A stretch of 64,000 bases of DNA from Tricharina praecox (lineage: Eukaryota): assembly GCF_024521635.1 (NCBI RefSeq), contig NW_026250418.1:744001-808000 (forward strand). Reading direction: 5' to 3'. The notes under the pieces were generated by a model that saw nothing but the letters and a program-made list of their open reading frames with translations, made no database searches and was not told where the DNA came from. Numbering within the stretch: the stretch's first letter is position 1; every line of letters starts with the position of its first letter. Shown here piece by piece: positions 36,590-49,482 of the stretch. The translations under genes and the position numbers were made by a program.

Positions 36590-39500
36590 AGGTAGACCAG
36601 ACCGGTCGGGATAAAATTAAGTACACCCGACCTAGGAGTAGGTCGGGATATATTCCGACCGACCATACCTAGGCTTTAGTAGGTCGGGATACCTATATCC
36701 CGACCAGACCTTGCTTGCCAGGCACGATCGGCGCAGGTCGGCCGACGTCGGGATAACAGATAAGCTTATGTATCAGCCGCAAAATTTTCTGTCATAGTTG
36801 TGCGTCTGGAATGTGTCGAAGACGACCGCGCGCAGCAATGCTGGAAGTGTTGGAACTTGGGCGTCCGGAATGTTACTATAGTTGTCGCAGAACTGCTGGC
36901 AGACCACAGCAGCAATGCTGGCAGCCTAGCAGCCTGGCGGAGAAAGCATTAGCACGCTGCATTCGTCATCGGTATGCTATAGAGTACCATGGCCAGTGGG
37001 AGGGGCGAGGGGCGAGAGGGGCGAGAGATTATGTATATAGATATAGAGCCCGAGGGCCTCCGCTATCGCTACGTCCACCATCGCTACGTCCACCATCGCT
37101 ACGTCCACCTCCACAGGTTCCTGTCGCACCCATCACCCATCCCACCTTACAACCCTACAGCATGCCACGTCCTCGGGGTAAACAACCTGCCATCCCAGAT
37201 AGCAGCCAACCTTCGAGTTCTCAGGTAGCTAATCACCCTCCCGAAGTGTACACGGACGCGCGAGAGCCGAACGACAACGACGACGCCGAGTCGATTGAAG
37301 AGGTGGCCGACTATGAATCTGTTCCAGATGCGTTCAAGAAGCGGAAGCGACGCATACGGTTGAGTCATATCTGGTTACCTGAGAATGGCGTCGAGCATGT
37401 TGCAGAAGATGGGGTAATACAGTGGAAGTGTCAACGATGTAGGCAATGGCTTCCGTCCGAACAGAGTCCAAAAACTGTGCTAATAAAATTTTCAGGCCCG
37501 CTTTCGGGGCCGAAGATGGTGGTGTTTTCAACGAGGACAACGAAGAACGCAATCGTGCATCTGAAGTCAAAGCATCGTATCGGACCCGATGGGGGAATGG
37601 TGGCCGGCAGCAGCATCACAGCACCACAGCAAACCATTGAAGCAGCTTTCGGCCGTTCGACGCCCAAGATTTTCTTCAACAAGGATCGTTTCAAGGAGCT
37701 CCTACTCCTGTGGATTGTGGATGCCAATGTTAGCTTCCGGATGTGTGAACAAGAGAGCTTCCGGACCTTTTGCACCTACATGACCGCATGTCAGCCCGAC
37801 TATTCCGGGATCTATCGGGCTCTCCCGCAGAGTGTCGACGCAATCAAGCGGTACCTGCTGGCTTGGTATGAAGCTATGCGAGATGAGGTGAAGTCAAAAC
37901 TCCGTTCTGCAGCCGCCAAGATTCATTTCTCCTTCGACATGTGGAGTGGGCCGAACCAGCACTCCTATCAAGTGATCGTGGCCCACTGGTTAGACGGCAG
38001 CGGTACCCTGCATGCGGCCCTGCTCTCACTGCATCGTTTTGAAGGAGCTCACTCCGGTGTCAACCAAGCTGACCAGCTATGGCAAACTCTTGAACTCTAC
38101 GATATCCTACCCATGGTGGGAATGTTCAACGTCGATAATGCTGCCTACAACGACACCGCACTGGTCGAGATCGCACGGCGTTTAGGCGGGGCTGGCTACG
38201 CAACTTTCGACCCCGTTCAGGCAAGGGTTCGCTGTTTTGGCCATGTGCTGAACCTCGTCGTGAAGGCAATTCTTTGGGATAGTAAGGCCGTTGAAGCATT
38301 CGATTTGAACCAGATGGATGCGGAAGCAGAGCTGGGACCTATCCGTGATTGGCAGCGCAAAGGACCTTTGAAGAAACTTCATAACTGGCTGACCTTTATA
38401 CACAAAACACCACAACGACAGGACACGTTTGTAGCAGTTGTCAGGCGTGTCTACCCCGACGAGACTGTTCACGTCGTCTTGCTTGGAAACACTACCAGAT
38501 GGTCGAGCGATTACGACAGTATTATCCGGGCGATCCGGCTTCGTGACGCCATTGACGACTACATACGACTGGCTGTGCGACAGAATCTCAATGGTGAGAA
38601 TCAGCGGGATGATCCTTTGGCTCTGGTTAACGACGAACTCCTACCGGACGACTGGGACTACCTGAAGCGCATCAAGGAAATCCTCGAGCCTTTCAAGAAG
38701 TGGAAACTACGACTCCAGACGAGATACAGTAACGGTTGTGTCAGCGACATTCTTCCCGCTATGGATGAACTTCGTAGCCATCTCGAGGGTATGAGAGTTC
38801 AATTCGGCAATGAACAGGCTGGCCCGTTGGGAAGGATGATAGATCGGGGTTGGTCTTTTCTCAATAAGTACGTCGCCCCCCTCATTTCTTTTTCTACCGT
38901 CATTTTAAGTTGGCTCTACTAACTCTCGCACAGATACTACACAAAGACTGAACTCTCACCAGCCTATGTGATTGCCGTGGCTCTACATCCGAATATGAAG
39001 TTTCAATACTTCCAGGAGGAGTGGAAGGAGAGGCCGGAGTGGATCGCATTTGCGGAGGAAACGGTGCAGAATGTATGGGAGACCGCATACAAAGGGTATA
39101 CTAATGGCGGCGCCGGTGAACGGCGTCCATTGGAGGAGGAGGAGGAGCGGGACGTGGATGCAGAGGAGGACCTGACCAGGTGGGAGCGCAAGCTTCTAGC
39201 TGCTGCACAGGTAGCAGCGGGTCTGGACATGTTGCAGCGCTTTCAGCAGGAGAAGCAGGTTGTCTGGGTACGTGATGTGGTTGGGTGGTGGCATGAAAGG
39301 TTGTTGGATCCTCAATGGAAGGACCTTGCGCGGATGGCGTTAACGTACCTGACTCTGCCGGCGATGAGTGCCGAGCCGGAACGGGTGTTCGGCGCTGCGA
39401 AGCAAACACTCTCGGATCGCCGCTGTCGTGTGGGCGATGATGTACTAGAGGCGGTCGAATGTTTGAAAAGATGGCAGAGGGATGGGATAGTTGCGCCGAC

Positions 39501-39679
39501 TCAGCCGGATGCGATGGAAATTGGGGAGATGTTGGCCGCGCTATCCGAGGAGGATCGGGTGTAGAATAAATGATTGTAAAGAGTACAAATTGCAACGTGT
39601 ATACTTTATTGGCCCGACTTATCCCGACCCGACCAAACCATACCCAAATTTGGTCGGAACTGGCCTATGTAGAACACTG
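36590..39679 (+). mobile_element. hAT DNA transposon; right end defined, left end approximate
   Basis: Contains a transposase gene. Subterminal GTCGGGATA/TATCCCGAC repeats cluster at 36605-36755 and 39612-39660. The right terminus reads CAGTGTTCTACATAGG on the minus strand. No matching left TIR or 8-bp TSD was found. Confidence 0.8.
37162..39564 (+). CDS. hAT-family transposase with BED zinc finger (759 aa as spliced)
   Basis: WKCQRC..HLKSKH (BED), FSFDMWS (D), VDNAAYN (D), RCFGHVLNL (CxxH), TRWSS, PAMSAEPERVF (E) and C-terminal dimerisation region; introns 37439-37495 and 38868-38933; no stops or frameshifts. Confidence 0.92.
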
Positions 39680-40529
39680 GTTTCACTCGGGGGCCAAAGT
39701 TCCACGTGGGGCGGGACTGTGCCGCGGCAGTTCTGTCGGTCGGAAACCGGAGTATCCCTTCGGCACCCTGTGGTACTCAGCTCTCGCAAACGGTTCGAAC
39801 TTCGCGGGACCAGCTGTTTCTTGCAGGCCGACCAGAAGCACCGGAAAACACCAGACGGAACGGATAGAACGGATAGAACGGATACCAGCCGATACCAGCT
39901 GATACTAGCAGGCTGCTTCGTGGTCTCCGCTCCACGTGATCAGTTAGGACTCGGTAGAGTGCTCAGTACTCAATACTCTCGTGGCGATGTACCTACTTTC
40001 CAAGCTTCTAGATAAGAAAGTAGACGGGAATAAGGCGCAATGGAGTCTACGAGGCTTTGATCTCAGACCATGTGAGTGGTCTAGACCTACATCTACTATC
40101 ACATGTAATACCGACACCGATTCACGACTGACAATGGGCCCTGCTTGCACACGAAGCCAATCCCTAGTGCATCTTCACCTCATCACCTCAGATACGGAGA
40201 ACGAGGAGCCATCTAGATTCAGGAGGCATGCGCATTCACCACTGCTAGCATAACGATAGTACATTTCTCAGGCCCACATGAAATCTGCACGTAAAGTAAA
40301 GCAAGTCCGCAACAGCAAGAAAACCCCGAAAGAAGAGATCAAAGCCAATCTCACCTTCACACCCAGCCATCTTGAGAATTCGACAGACTATCGCAGACAC
40401 ATTGTAATCAGAACCAGTATTCACCTGCAAGAGAAAAAAAAAGAAAGAAAAAAGGGCCCCATGGCTTTCCCGAGAATCCACAGGAAGAAAAAAAAACGTA
40501 GAATATTCTGCAGATCAACAAGGACCAGC

Positions 40530-41791
40530 TTAAGCGGACTCAATCTTCTTCAGTGTCTCACGGAGCGCAGCCAATTCCTTCTTCATTGCGGCTGCTTCTG
40601 TGTCGTGAACGGCGTACTTCTCAGCAAGCCTGTCGAGCCTCTCATGGAGGGCCTTGATCGTATCATCCTTCTCTCCGATATCGGACATGTCCTCCTCGTC
40701 CTTGGGCTCGACAGCCTTGCTGTTTCCTCCATCGGAATAGGCAAGCCTCTGCTGCTCCAGCATCATCTCGACATCACGGATCAGGTCGGCTCTCTCGCGA
40801 CAGGCGCTGAGCAGCAGCAGCCTCGGTTCAGTATCGTAGCTGCTGAGAACGCGGTAGTTGAGGCTGGGAAGGGTGGCTTGAACCAGGTTGTGGGCGGGGA
40901 AACCGACGCGTTCGAGGTCCAAGGTAGTGAGATAGATGACGACGTCCGCGGTGAGGACATTGTTGGTATGGTGGCGAGCCGGGAGCTGGTGACCCTTGTA
41001 GTACCTCAGCGTCAACTTCTGGCGAGTCACAAGGAGATGCCACAAGTCGTACAGAACGCCACGGATGATCTCCTCGGCGTACTGCTGGTACAACGTGATA
41101 TCTGCCTCATCGAAACCGATCGAGGGGCCGGGAGCGAGCCTTGCGCCGACGAGGGCCGCGCAGCGGTTGACGACTTTGGCTATCTTCACGACGGCCTCGA
41201 TGCCCGGGAAACCGGCAGAGGCGAGTGAATACTTATTCTCCTCCTCGTCAGACTCAACTGACTTGCGAACAGCCTTCTTGGTGGCGGGAAAAGCAGCAGC
41301 TGTATCATCCTCGTCCTCGTCCTCGTCCATTTCATCCATTTCTCCCTCATCTTCGTCCATGTCGCTCTCGTCACCAGCGGGCTCCGGGAGCCTAGCAGCA
41401 AGCAAGGCAACTGTAAACTTTGATCAGCACTGTAACATTTTCTCACAAACTTAGTGACGACAGGTAACAAACGTTTCCTCTTCTCCTCCTCCTGTGCAGT
41501 GACCTTCCTCTGGGCCTCGTAGACGGCAATGGCCTGATCAGCAAACGAGGCGAAGCGGGAGGCACCGTTGAAGAGCGGGTCGCACGGAAGGATGGCGAGG
41601 TAGATGACAGGCTTCTGATGCGCGAAGATCGAGTGCATGAACGAGGAAGTGCAGGCGAGCTTCACCGCGGTGTCGAAGCTGTCCAGAGACTTGTAGACAT
41701 TCTCCACCAACTCGACGGGGAGCGCGAGAAGGGGGAAGGTCGGCTCTGGGCGGGTTCCGGTGAAGGCGAGCATCTTGTTGATTGGCGGCAT
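40530..41791 (-). CDS. Uncharacterised protein with N-terminal F-box-like motif and C-terminal coiled coil
   Basis: LLALPVELVENVYKSLDSFDTAVKLACTSSFMHSI resembles an F-box; intron 41411-41472 joins ORFs 41186-41791 and 40530-41405 in frame; acidic linker. Confidence 0.72.
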
Positions 41792-42295
41792 TGCAACGGG
41801 AGATGTCTCTGGTAGATCGTGAAAGAGTATGGAGGAAGTTGGGGACCACGGTGTCAGTGTGTGCGGGGGGTGATGAGAGGGAGGGAAGCGTATCGAAGGG
41901 ATGGTCGAAGTGTATGTGCCGCTAGAATTGCTGGCGTACTTCGAGCTTCCCGGTCACGAACCCTATCATCGGATCAGCGCGCTTGCCTCTTCTGCTTTGC
42001 CAAGCTGGAGAGGGTGACAGCCATAGAAGAGTACATCAAACATGCACATTTATGCAGTGTCCCGCAAATGGACCAAACATTTCTCGGCCAATCAGGCTTC
42101 CGTCCATCGAATCAGGACAAGCACCACGTAGCCATGGCCGCAGTTGCTGCTCACACTGCGAACGAGATATGTGTGGACTCCAGGCTGCTTCTGCATAGCA
42201 GACGTCACCTCGCCCGTGTCGTGAACCATTGAATGTTATGCCATGCTACAAGTACATTATCAACACTGCCCCTTCTCGTGTGTACACATGTCAGA

Positions 42296-43708
42296 TCACC
42301 GCTTACCCCAAACAACCCCAAGGGCATCCACCTCGCTCCCTGTCCATCCCTGAAAGCCCACCAGTGTCCAGGTTCCTCCCGAAGGCGGAGTCCACACCTC
42401 GCACTCGCCCGTCCCACTGCCGGTCCTGACACTTCGCCCTCGATCGGTATCCACGGTGACCGAGAACACACCTCGCGACCCACCACTCCTGACACCGATG
42501 CAGACCTCGACACGGTTGATATTCTCCCCAGCGTCCAGCTTCAACGTCCGATCCCCGCCGCCGCTCCCTCCGTGCGGGATCTTCCTTCCGTCCGACATCG
42601 TGTACGCCACCTTATCCACCCGGCTCCCGCCGCGGAGAGTAATCGAGCTCACCACCGCCCTCGCCGTAGCATCCCCCCACGAGCCCACACTCCCACCCGT
42701 CGCATCGTTGAACCACGTACTATGCGTCCCGCCAACGATCCTTGGCCCCGCCCTCATCGACGGCGAAAGCTCGTAATCAAACACCGCCTGATTCGGAAAG
42801 TGATCGCTGAGCGGGCCACCGCTCGCCGTCAGGAACGCCGTATTCTGGTTGATGAAGTCCGTTGCTGCCAGCCTCAGGAGGCGGTTCCCGCGGTAGTGGA
42901 CCTTATCGATCTGCTCGCAATCCATCCTCTCCTGCCCGGCGGGCACCGGGAAGCGACACTCGATGCTGCCGCCATGGCCGGGCGGATTCCCGCCGCGGAA
43001 CAGCTCGACCCACACATCCGCTAGCCCGTTCTTCTCCTTCAGCAATCTCGCCGGGTCCTGAGACGATGTGTACCGCGTATTCGTATCCCCCGCGACAACA
43101 ACCGCGTTGCCGAGCGAATACGTGCCGATGAAGTTACTCATCTGTTGGAACCCCACGGTCCGCGCCTGGAAATCGAGCTTGTCGTCGCCTGCCTCCGCAT
43201 GCAGGTTGTAGAAGTCCACTACGACGCCGTCGTCGAGTTGGATTCGCATCGCCGTGAAGCCTTTGGCTGCCAGGCAGTCGCCGCTGTTGGGCCAGCAGGC
43301 GGCCCACGTGCGCCGTTGGTGGTCGGACCATGGGTACGAGGATAGGGCGTTGAGACCGTTGCCGAGCGGGACATTACCGCTGTGGGATGTCCGGTAGAAG
43401 TGTGTATCGGATGATAGCAGCTCGGAGTGGTAGCCGAAGTCTTCCTGGACGTGGACGATGGAGTAGTTACTCAGACGTTGCGAGATGAGGGGGGTGTTGA
43501 CTGCAGGGTCGCTGCCGGAGATGGGTTCTGGCGAAATCAGCATTGGAACCATGGGGACAGAATAAAATGTGGCTTGTTTGTACATACCGGGCAGTCCAGC
43601 GACGTTGTAGGTCAGTATATCGAACGATCCGCTGAGTGCCTGGCCACTCGCCCAACCGCTCATGGCTCCCGCCGCCAAAATCGTACATATCGTTCGTATC
43701 GAAAACAT
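42296..43708 (-). CDS. Secreted endonuclease/exonuclease/phosphatase (EEP) protein with C-terminal jacalin-like lectin domain
   Basis: Signal peptide; ILTYNVAGLP, VHVQEDFGYH, KGF, YNLHAEAG, VVAGDTNTRY, IDKVHYRG, LSDH; C-terminal ITLRGGSRVD..HGGSGG..LVGFQGWTGSEVDALG; one in-frame intron after GLP. Confidence 0.88.
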   Translation of the reverse strand: MFSIRTICTILAAGAMSGWASGQALSGSFDILTYNVAGLPGMYKQATFYSVPMVPMLISPEPISGSDPAVNTPLISQRLSNYSIVHVQEDFGYHSELLSSDTHFYRTSHSGNVPLGNGLNALSSYPWSDHQRRTWAACWPNSGDCLAAKGFTAMRIQLDDGVVVDFYNLHAEAGDDKLDFQARTVGFQQMSNFIGTYSLGNAVVVAGDTNTRYTSSQDPARLLKEKNGLADVWVELFRGGNPPGHGGSIECRFPVPAGQERMDCEQIDKVHYRGNRLLRLAATDFINQNTAFLTASGGPLSDHFPNQAVFDYELSPSMRAGPRIVGGTHSTWFNDATGGSVGSWGDATARAVVSSITLRGGSRVDKVAYTMSDGRKIPHGGSGGGDRTLKLDAGENINRVEVCIGVRSGGSRGVFSVTVDTDRGRSVRTGSGTGECEVWTPPSGGTWTLVGFQGWTGSEVDALGVVWGKR

Positions 43709-45304
43709 CTTCGCTGTAACTAAGTGTCTTCACTTTTTCTCCTCGCCGTTTCACCGCTGGGGGAGGATACACTTTATACCCCCATAGTCGAGATTAAATC
43801 TTCGCCTGGCCCCGCCATGTGCCCAATCCGAATCCGTGGCCATGGGATCGCTACCCCTCAATTATTACAGTTACAGAGTTGCAGTTACAGCGTAGCAGAA
43901 TGAGGTACATACCCGCAATCACTCGCGCGCTGGGAACGGACGCCCTATGACCATCCCTGTCGCGCGCTGATTGGCTCGCCACAGCATTCAGGACGGGGGC
44001 TCTAATAGAGTAAATTTCTTCCGACGAGTTGAGTCGCTACTCTTCTGCTCGAGGGGCAGAAAGGAGGAGGAGGAGGCGAAGGGGTTCAGTAGTGCCTACG
44101 CTGCGTAGGTAGGCGGGAGAGATCGCGTAGGGTGGGTGGGTGGGAGATTGGCTCTTTCGAGCAGAACATCACGTAGCGGGGGTTTGAGTTTGTAGATAAA
44201 CTGTACTTGGACCTAGGTGAGGATTGCCGTTGGAAGGACTGGGTGACGAGAGGACTGGCCTCTAGGTATGATACGGGGCTCGAATACTTCGATGCTCGAT
44301 GTACATTCCTAGTTCGGTGTTGTGTCTGGAGTACGATAGGTGCGCATGACGAAGTCATCCCCAGCTTTCACGGTCCACACTGCCACTCCTGACGACTTCC
44401 GAGTCCCGACACGGCAGGCGTCAGGGACGACCATATTCCAGCAGCCGAGACACCGGTATGTGAAGAAGTATCACAAGTTACAAGCGTCCTGCATATCTGT
44501 GGCCCGGATGATGAGCTCTTCGCGTGAGACCGTGGCGTGGCCTTGACTGTGGGCGTGGGAGTGGGTTAGGTTTTGTGCGGGGCATCAACGTCGTGTCGCA
44601 CAAACCCGCCACTACCACGAGCCACGAACCACGGGTCACGGTAGGATTTTGTCGGCAGGAGTGGAGGGGAAGAGACGGGTTAATGCGAGGTAGGAGATGA
44701 GCTGCTGGACCTTTTTTATTTTCTTTCTGGCACGGCTGAGATGAGTAAGTAGGCCACTCACGTATGGTACACAACCACCCTGGCCGCTGTATGTAGTAAA
44801 AAGGGCCCCGTGTGAGTCGGTAGCACAGCATGTCGCAATAGGCCATATTGAGGAGGATCAGAGACCATCGCGACCGACACGGTGACGAGCAGCAGCTGCG
44901 AGAAATGGGCAAATGTGAGTACCGCCATATTGGTCTGCCGGAGTCCCCCGCAGAGGCCCTTATATGTCCGGAATGCGACGACTTGCAGCCTAATATTGTC
45001 TCCCCTCCCCGATTAGCTCGGGTGCATCCATCTGCAGCGCTCGAAACGAGTGAGGCGGCGTGCATACGCTGTCACATTCGATTCACGCCCCGTCTCTGTC
45101 GTCACCACCACCATCAAAACGGCGCTACCTACCACCTCGAACCCAGCCAGCAAATCTTGCCGTCTCAATCCCTTACTTCTCCCCTCACCTCCTATACCGC
45201 TCGTTCTCCTCGTATCTCGGGACTCGCACATCCGCCTTGCATTTCGTCTTAGCTCATTATTCTTCGACTCGCTCCTCCACCGCTGATCGCCCGATCGCCG
45301 TACA

Positions 45305-48300
45305 ATGTCGTCTCTACCACACAGGCAGTTCGCAATCGACGCTTCCCAGTCGACGCCGCCCGTTCGAGACCAGCAGCAAGGCTTCCGATTCCCCCCGAGA
45401 GAGACCGACTCCCATGTACCAACCTCTCCGCCCGAGTTCGAATCGCCCCCTCCTCCGCGAAGGCGTGAGCCCGGTCGCTTCGATCCGACGCCCCACTCAA
45501 GAGTTCCGCAACCAATGTCGAACGAGAATTATCCGGGAGCGAGCTCGCATCAACTACCTTCGCGGGGTAATTCGCTCGAGATCACACCCAGATATTTGCA
45601 AGATGCGCTCGACAACAGGCTCATCGACAGAACGGGTCGGATCAACACCGAAGGAACGGGAGTAAGCTCGCCATCGGATGTGTCGTCGCTCAGCCCGAGT
45701 GAACCGGAGAGGATGGACGTACTGTCTATGGACGCAAGGGAGCAACGTGCTAGTCAGTACAGAATGATGCTGGGTGTACTCTCTCCTCTGGAGGAGGAGC
45801 AGAGGTTGAGTAATGTGCCGACAATATTCGACGTTGCTTCGAGACAGCGCGAAAGCCGTACGACAAGTGGAACCGAGCCTTCGTACGAAGTTCCGGGTTC
45901 TCATTCGACATCCACTCGCGCCGACGGTCCGCTGGCTTCCCAGTCGGGGAGACTTCTTGGCTCTGCGCCGATTCTTTCACAGACCGCTGGTGCTGCCGTC
46001 GGAACTGAGGTAATCTCCGGCAACCGGACGTTGGAGATTTCATCCTATGGCTCGGAGGACACCGCTCCAAGGAAGCGGCATTACGAGGGATGTATGCTGT
46101 GTGATCCTCTCCCATCACCTTCCTCGAGCGTGTCTTCTGCCGTTCCCGATTTCGACCCTCGAAGTCCCAGCCGCAGTGGCCCGCCTCCAAATGTTCCCTT
46201 GCCGGACTTGATTCTGGGGAACGTCAATCAGCCTTCTGACGGAACGTCAACATCAAACATAATCAACACGTTCAGACCGTACCTCGAGGGAGAAGTTGCT
46301 CCGGCTTATCCAGCCCCTGCCCCCACTCTGCAGGCGGTAATCAGCGACTCTGCTCCTCCGGATTACTTCAACTACCCAAGACAGGGTACGCAGCTATATG
46401 CGCTTCCTGACCACCGAGGGTCTCTTTCAACCTTGATGGAAGGAGACGAGGAATCTCATCAGGCAAGCCACACAGGTCGCCAATCTTCCCAAGATGCCGC
46501 GCGTATTCACAGTCTTTCAAGTGATCAGCACCGGCCTCACACTGCGACCACGACCGGAACGGCCTCTCATATAGCAAATCTGAGTCAGAGTTCGTTGATT
46601 GCTGGTGTTCCTCATTCCGATCCAGTACCTCCGATTCCAACCCGCCTTCATCCGTTCAGAGGAAAAGGGATCAACCCATTCAAGGCATCTCCCCTCCGCC
46701 TGTCTTCGATCGATGAAACGAGGCCTCAAGGATCGAGAAAGCCATCATGGCGAGGACTCTTCGGGAGGGAGGAAACTTTGTCGAAGGACGTTGTTGGGGC
46801 TAGCTCTGCGGACATAGAGCTTCGGTCGGTTCCCACGGACGCTTCTGGCACAAGACCGGCACCATTTTCTGCCGACAGCAACCGTGCCGAACATTCTCTA
46901 GCTGATCAGGATTCTCATGGCAGACCTGACCGTACCGGTGGCGATGCTGCATACGAGAACGTCGATCTCGAGAATCGATCTGCCGTCCCAGCAGCTCCGC
47001 CGATGCCCTGGTGGAAGAGATCGCTCACTCTAGCCGGAACGCCATTCAGCGGAATCAAAATGCAGAAACCAGGGAAGTGGGTGAAGTGGGGTCTGATTAT
47101 GATCGGTATCATCGGGGCCTTGTTGATGGTTGTGCTTCCCATTCTCTTCATCGGATTTCCGGCAATGGCCCAGGCAGCGGTCGACAATGCCGCAGTTGAT
47201 ATCTCGTCGATATCGATCACTGGCGTCGAGGAGTCATCATTGAGGTTGGCCATGGAGCTCAGGCTCAACCCGTCGGAACCTATGAACGTGTTTCTAGGAC
47301 CCGAGAATCTTCGGTTGACGACAAGAAGCTACAATAAGGGCGACTATCTGCCGACCAGGCGTATCAGAAGAAACCATCTTGCAGGACATTACTCCAACGA
47401 TGAGACAGGGATATTGGGATACCTGAAGTTAGCCGAGGAGGAGACTCGAGGTAACGATGTCTCTGCTGGTGTGATCTTAAAGGGCAACAACAACGGTCGA
47501 TTTGTCATTGGCGATGTCCGAAGCTGGGGCGAGATTCTTGAGCAACTCATCTTTCGTGAGAAGGAAGTGGAGGTTCAGCTTCAAGGAAAGGTGCAGGTGA
47601 AAACCGGTGGGCTGAAGGCGAGTTGTCAGTTGAAGAAGGACATCAAGTTACCTGGTGGGTTTATTCGGCACCTTATGACGGGAAAGTAGCTGAATCCGTT
47701 AGGAATTGGCGGTCTGAACATCGTTGTGACCGAATACGACATTCTGAAAACGGGCCAGGAAAATTTCACAGCGGTTTTCGAGCTAGGAAGCAAGTCAAAG
47801 ATAGAAATGGATTTTGTGAGTCAAGACTCCCCTCCTCTCCTTCTCTACAAAACATTTCAGCAATCTAACAACCCAACAGGGCACGGTTAACTTCCAATTA
47901 CTATACGGCGACACTGCCATCGGAACAGCCATGGTTGAAGACTTCAAGATCTTCAACGGCACCAGCAAGATGACCGCTCGAGGCTCTTTGAGCCAGGACG
48001 TCATCGAGAAGGATCCAAATCTTCTTGGTCGGTTCTTGTCGTCTCTTTTCTTGGAGACGAATCACAAGAAAGCGAATATTCTGTCTCTGCAGGGTGTGAG
48101 CGCCAGCGTTGGAGGCACCGAGATTGAGTGGCTTACACCAGCCATTCGAAGACTGCAGATTCCTCTTCCCGCAGTCGCTGGAGAAGCGCAAAAGATCATT
48201 CTTGAGGACTTCGATCTCGGGTTCTCTTTGGTGCTCAGCATTTCAATGACTCCGCGCGCGACGGACGGCTTTATTTCTAGCCGAATTAAGCTGCCATTCC

Positions 48301-49482
48301 CAGCTGGCGACTTGAACCCAGTGATCAAGGGAGTCAGTCACCGGATCCAACTGCATGATCCGAAGGGGAAATTATTTGCCCATCTTCTTCTGCCGGTTTA
48401 TCCCGCTGCCGTCACCTTCGACAAAGAGGTTGTCGATTTCAAAGATGTCGGGATTCGGGTGTTCGACGAGAGGGCTTGGAGCGACTTCTTTTTGAAGTCC
48501 CTGTTCCGTGAAAAGAACTTTAAAGTTTCCGTCACCAGTAATATTACTGTCAACGTGGACACGAGAATCGGGAACGCTTCGGTTGAGAATGTCAAGATTG
48601 CTGGTACGACGTGGAACCTCGATGGATATGGCGGATTCACAAATGGCGGCCAACAACGCGTCGAGCTTACTGTGCGCGAGTTTGTGGATGCGCCGAAGGG
48701 ATTTCTGAAGATGAGGGTCAACACGGAGATATTTGGAGCAGCGACTTTGCCCATTAAGGTATGCACCCCTTCAAATCGGCGGAGATGAATTTTAACAGCT
48801 TGAGCAGTTGGGTCCGATCAAGTTCCGGATGTTCTACAACTCGACTTCCGACCCTATGGGTCAGTTGGATATTCGCGCCTTTTCGCTTGCCAATGGAAGG
48901 AACAATCTCGAGGGATACCTATACATCGACGGCGCACGCGGACAGTTTGACAATTTCATGACGTCGTACTTCGCTGGCGGCGGTGTCCCCCTCTTGCTCG
49001 ATCCACCCGATGCTTCGGCTCTCCCGGCCGTTACTAACGCACTTCGAGGACTCAATATCTCGTCCACGATCAATTCCCCTGGCTACTCTGGCTTTCTTCG
49101 TGGGGCCGACTTCATGATGTTCACCGATACTGGCAAGGGATTGATCACGCAACGAGTCGCGGTTGTTATTATGAATCCGCTATTAGTTTCTATGGCAGTG
49201 GAAACCATCGATTTATCCATGCGCGATAAAGGAAGCAACAAGTTGGTCGCCGAAGTCAGTACTATCGCGTTCACCAAGACGTGGATCAATCCGGGCGATA
49301 ATATCACCGTGCATCTTAGTATCTACGGCGGCTATACGATTGCTGAGTTGTTCGACTTCTTTGAGACGGGATCTAAGCAGATGGAGCTCGACGGGATCAT
49401 CGGTATCGGCATCGGAACCGTCAGCGCCAAGATTCGTGTCAACGTCGGCCGTGTTGTCGGACTGAATAATATGCACAGTTAA
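45305..49482 (+). CDS. Tag1/DUF3712-like type-II membrane protein
   Basis: Long S/P-rich low-complexity N-terminus, a single TM (WGLIMIGIIGALLMVVLPILFIGFPAMAQAAVD), then repeated beta-rich domains (LKKDIKLP|GIGGL, WNLDGYGGF, MNPLLVSMAV); three introns join ORFs 45305-47689, 47931-48788 and 48808-49482. Confidence 0.75.

Noticed and set aside
36811..37161. Upstream extension of the transposase ORF, including a 15-bp tandem repeat
   Set aside because: The translation is low-complexity and spans a TATA-like TATATAGATATA; ATG 37162 is the more plausible start.
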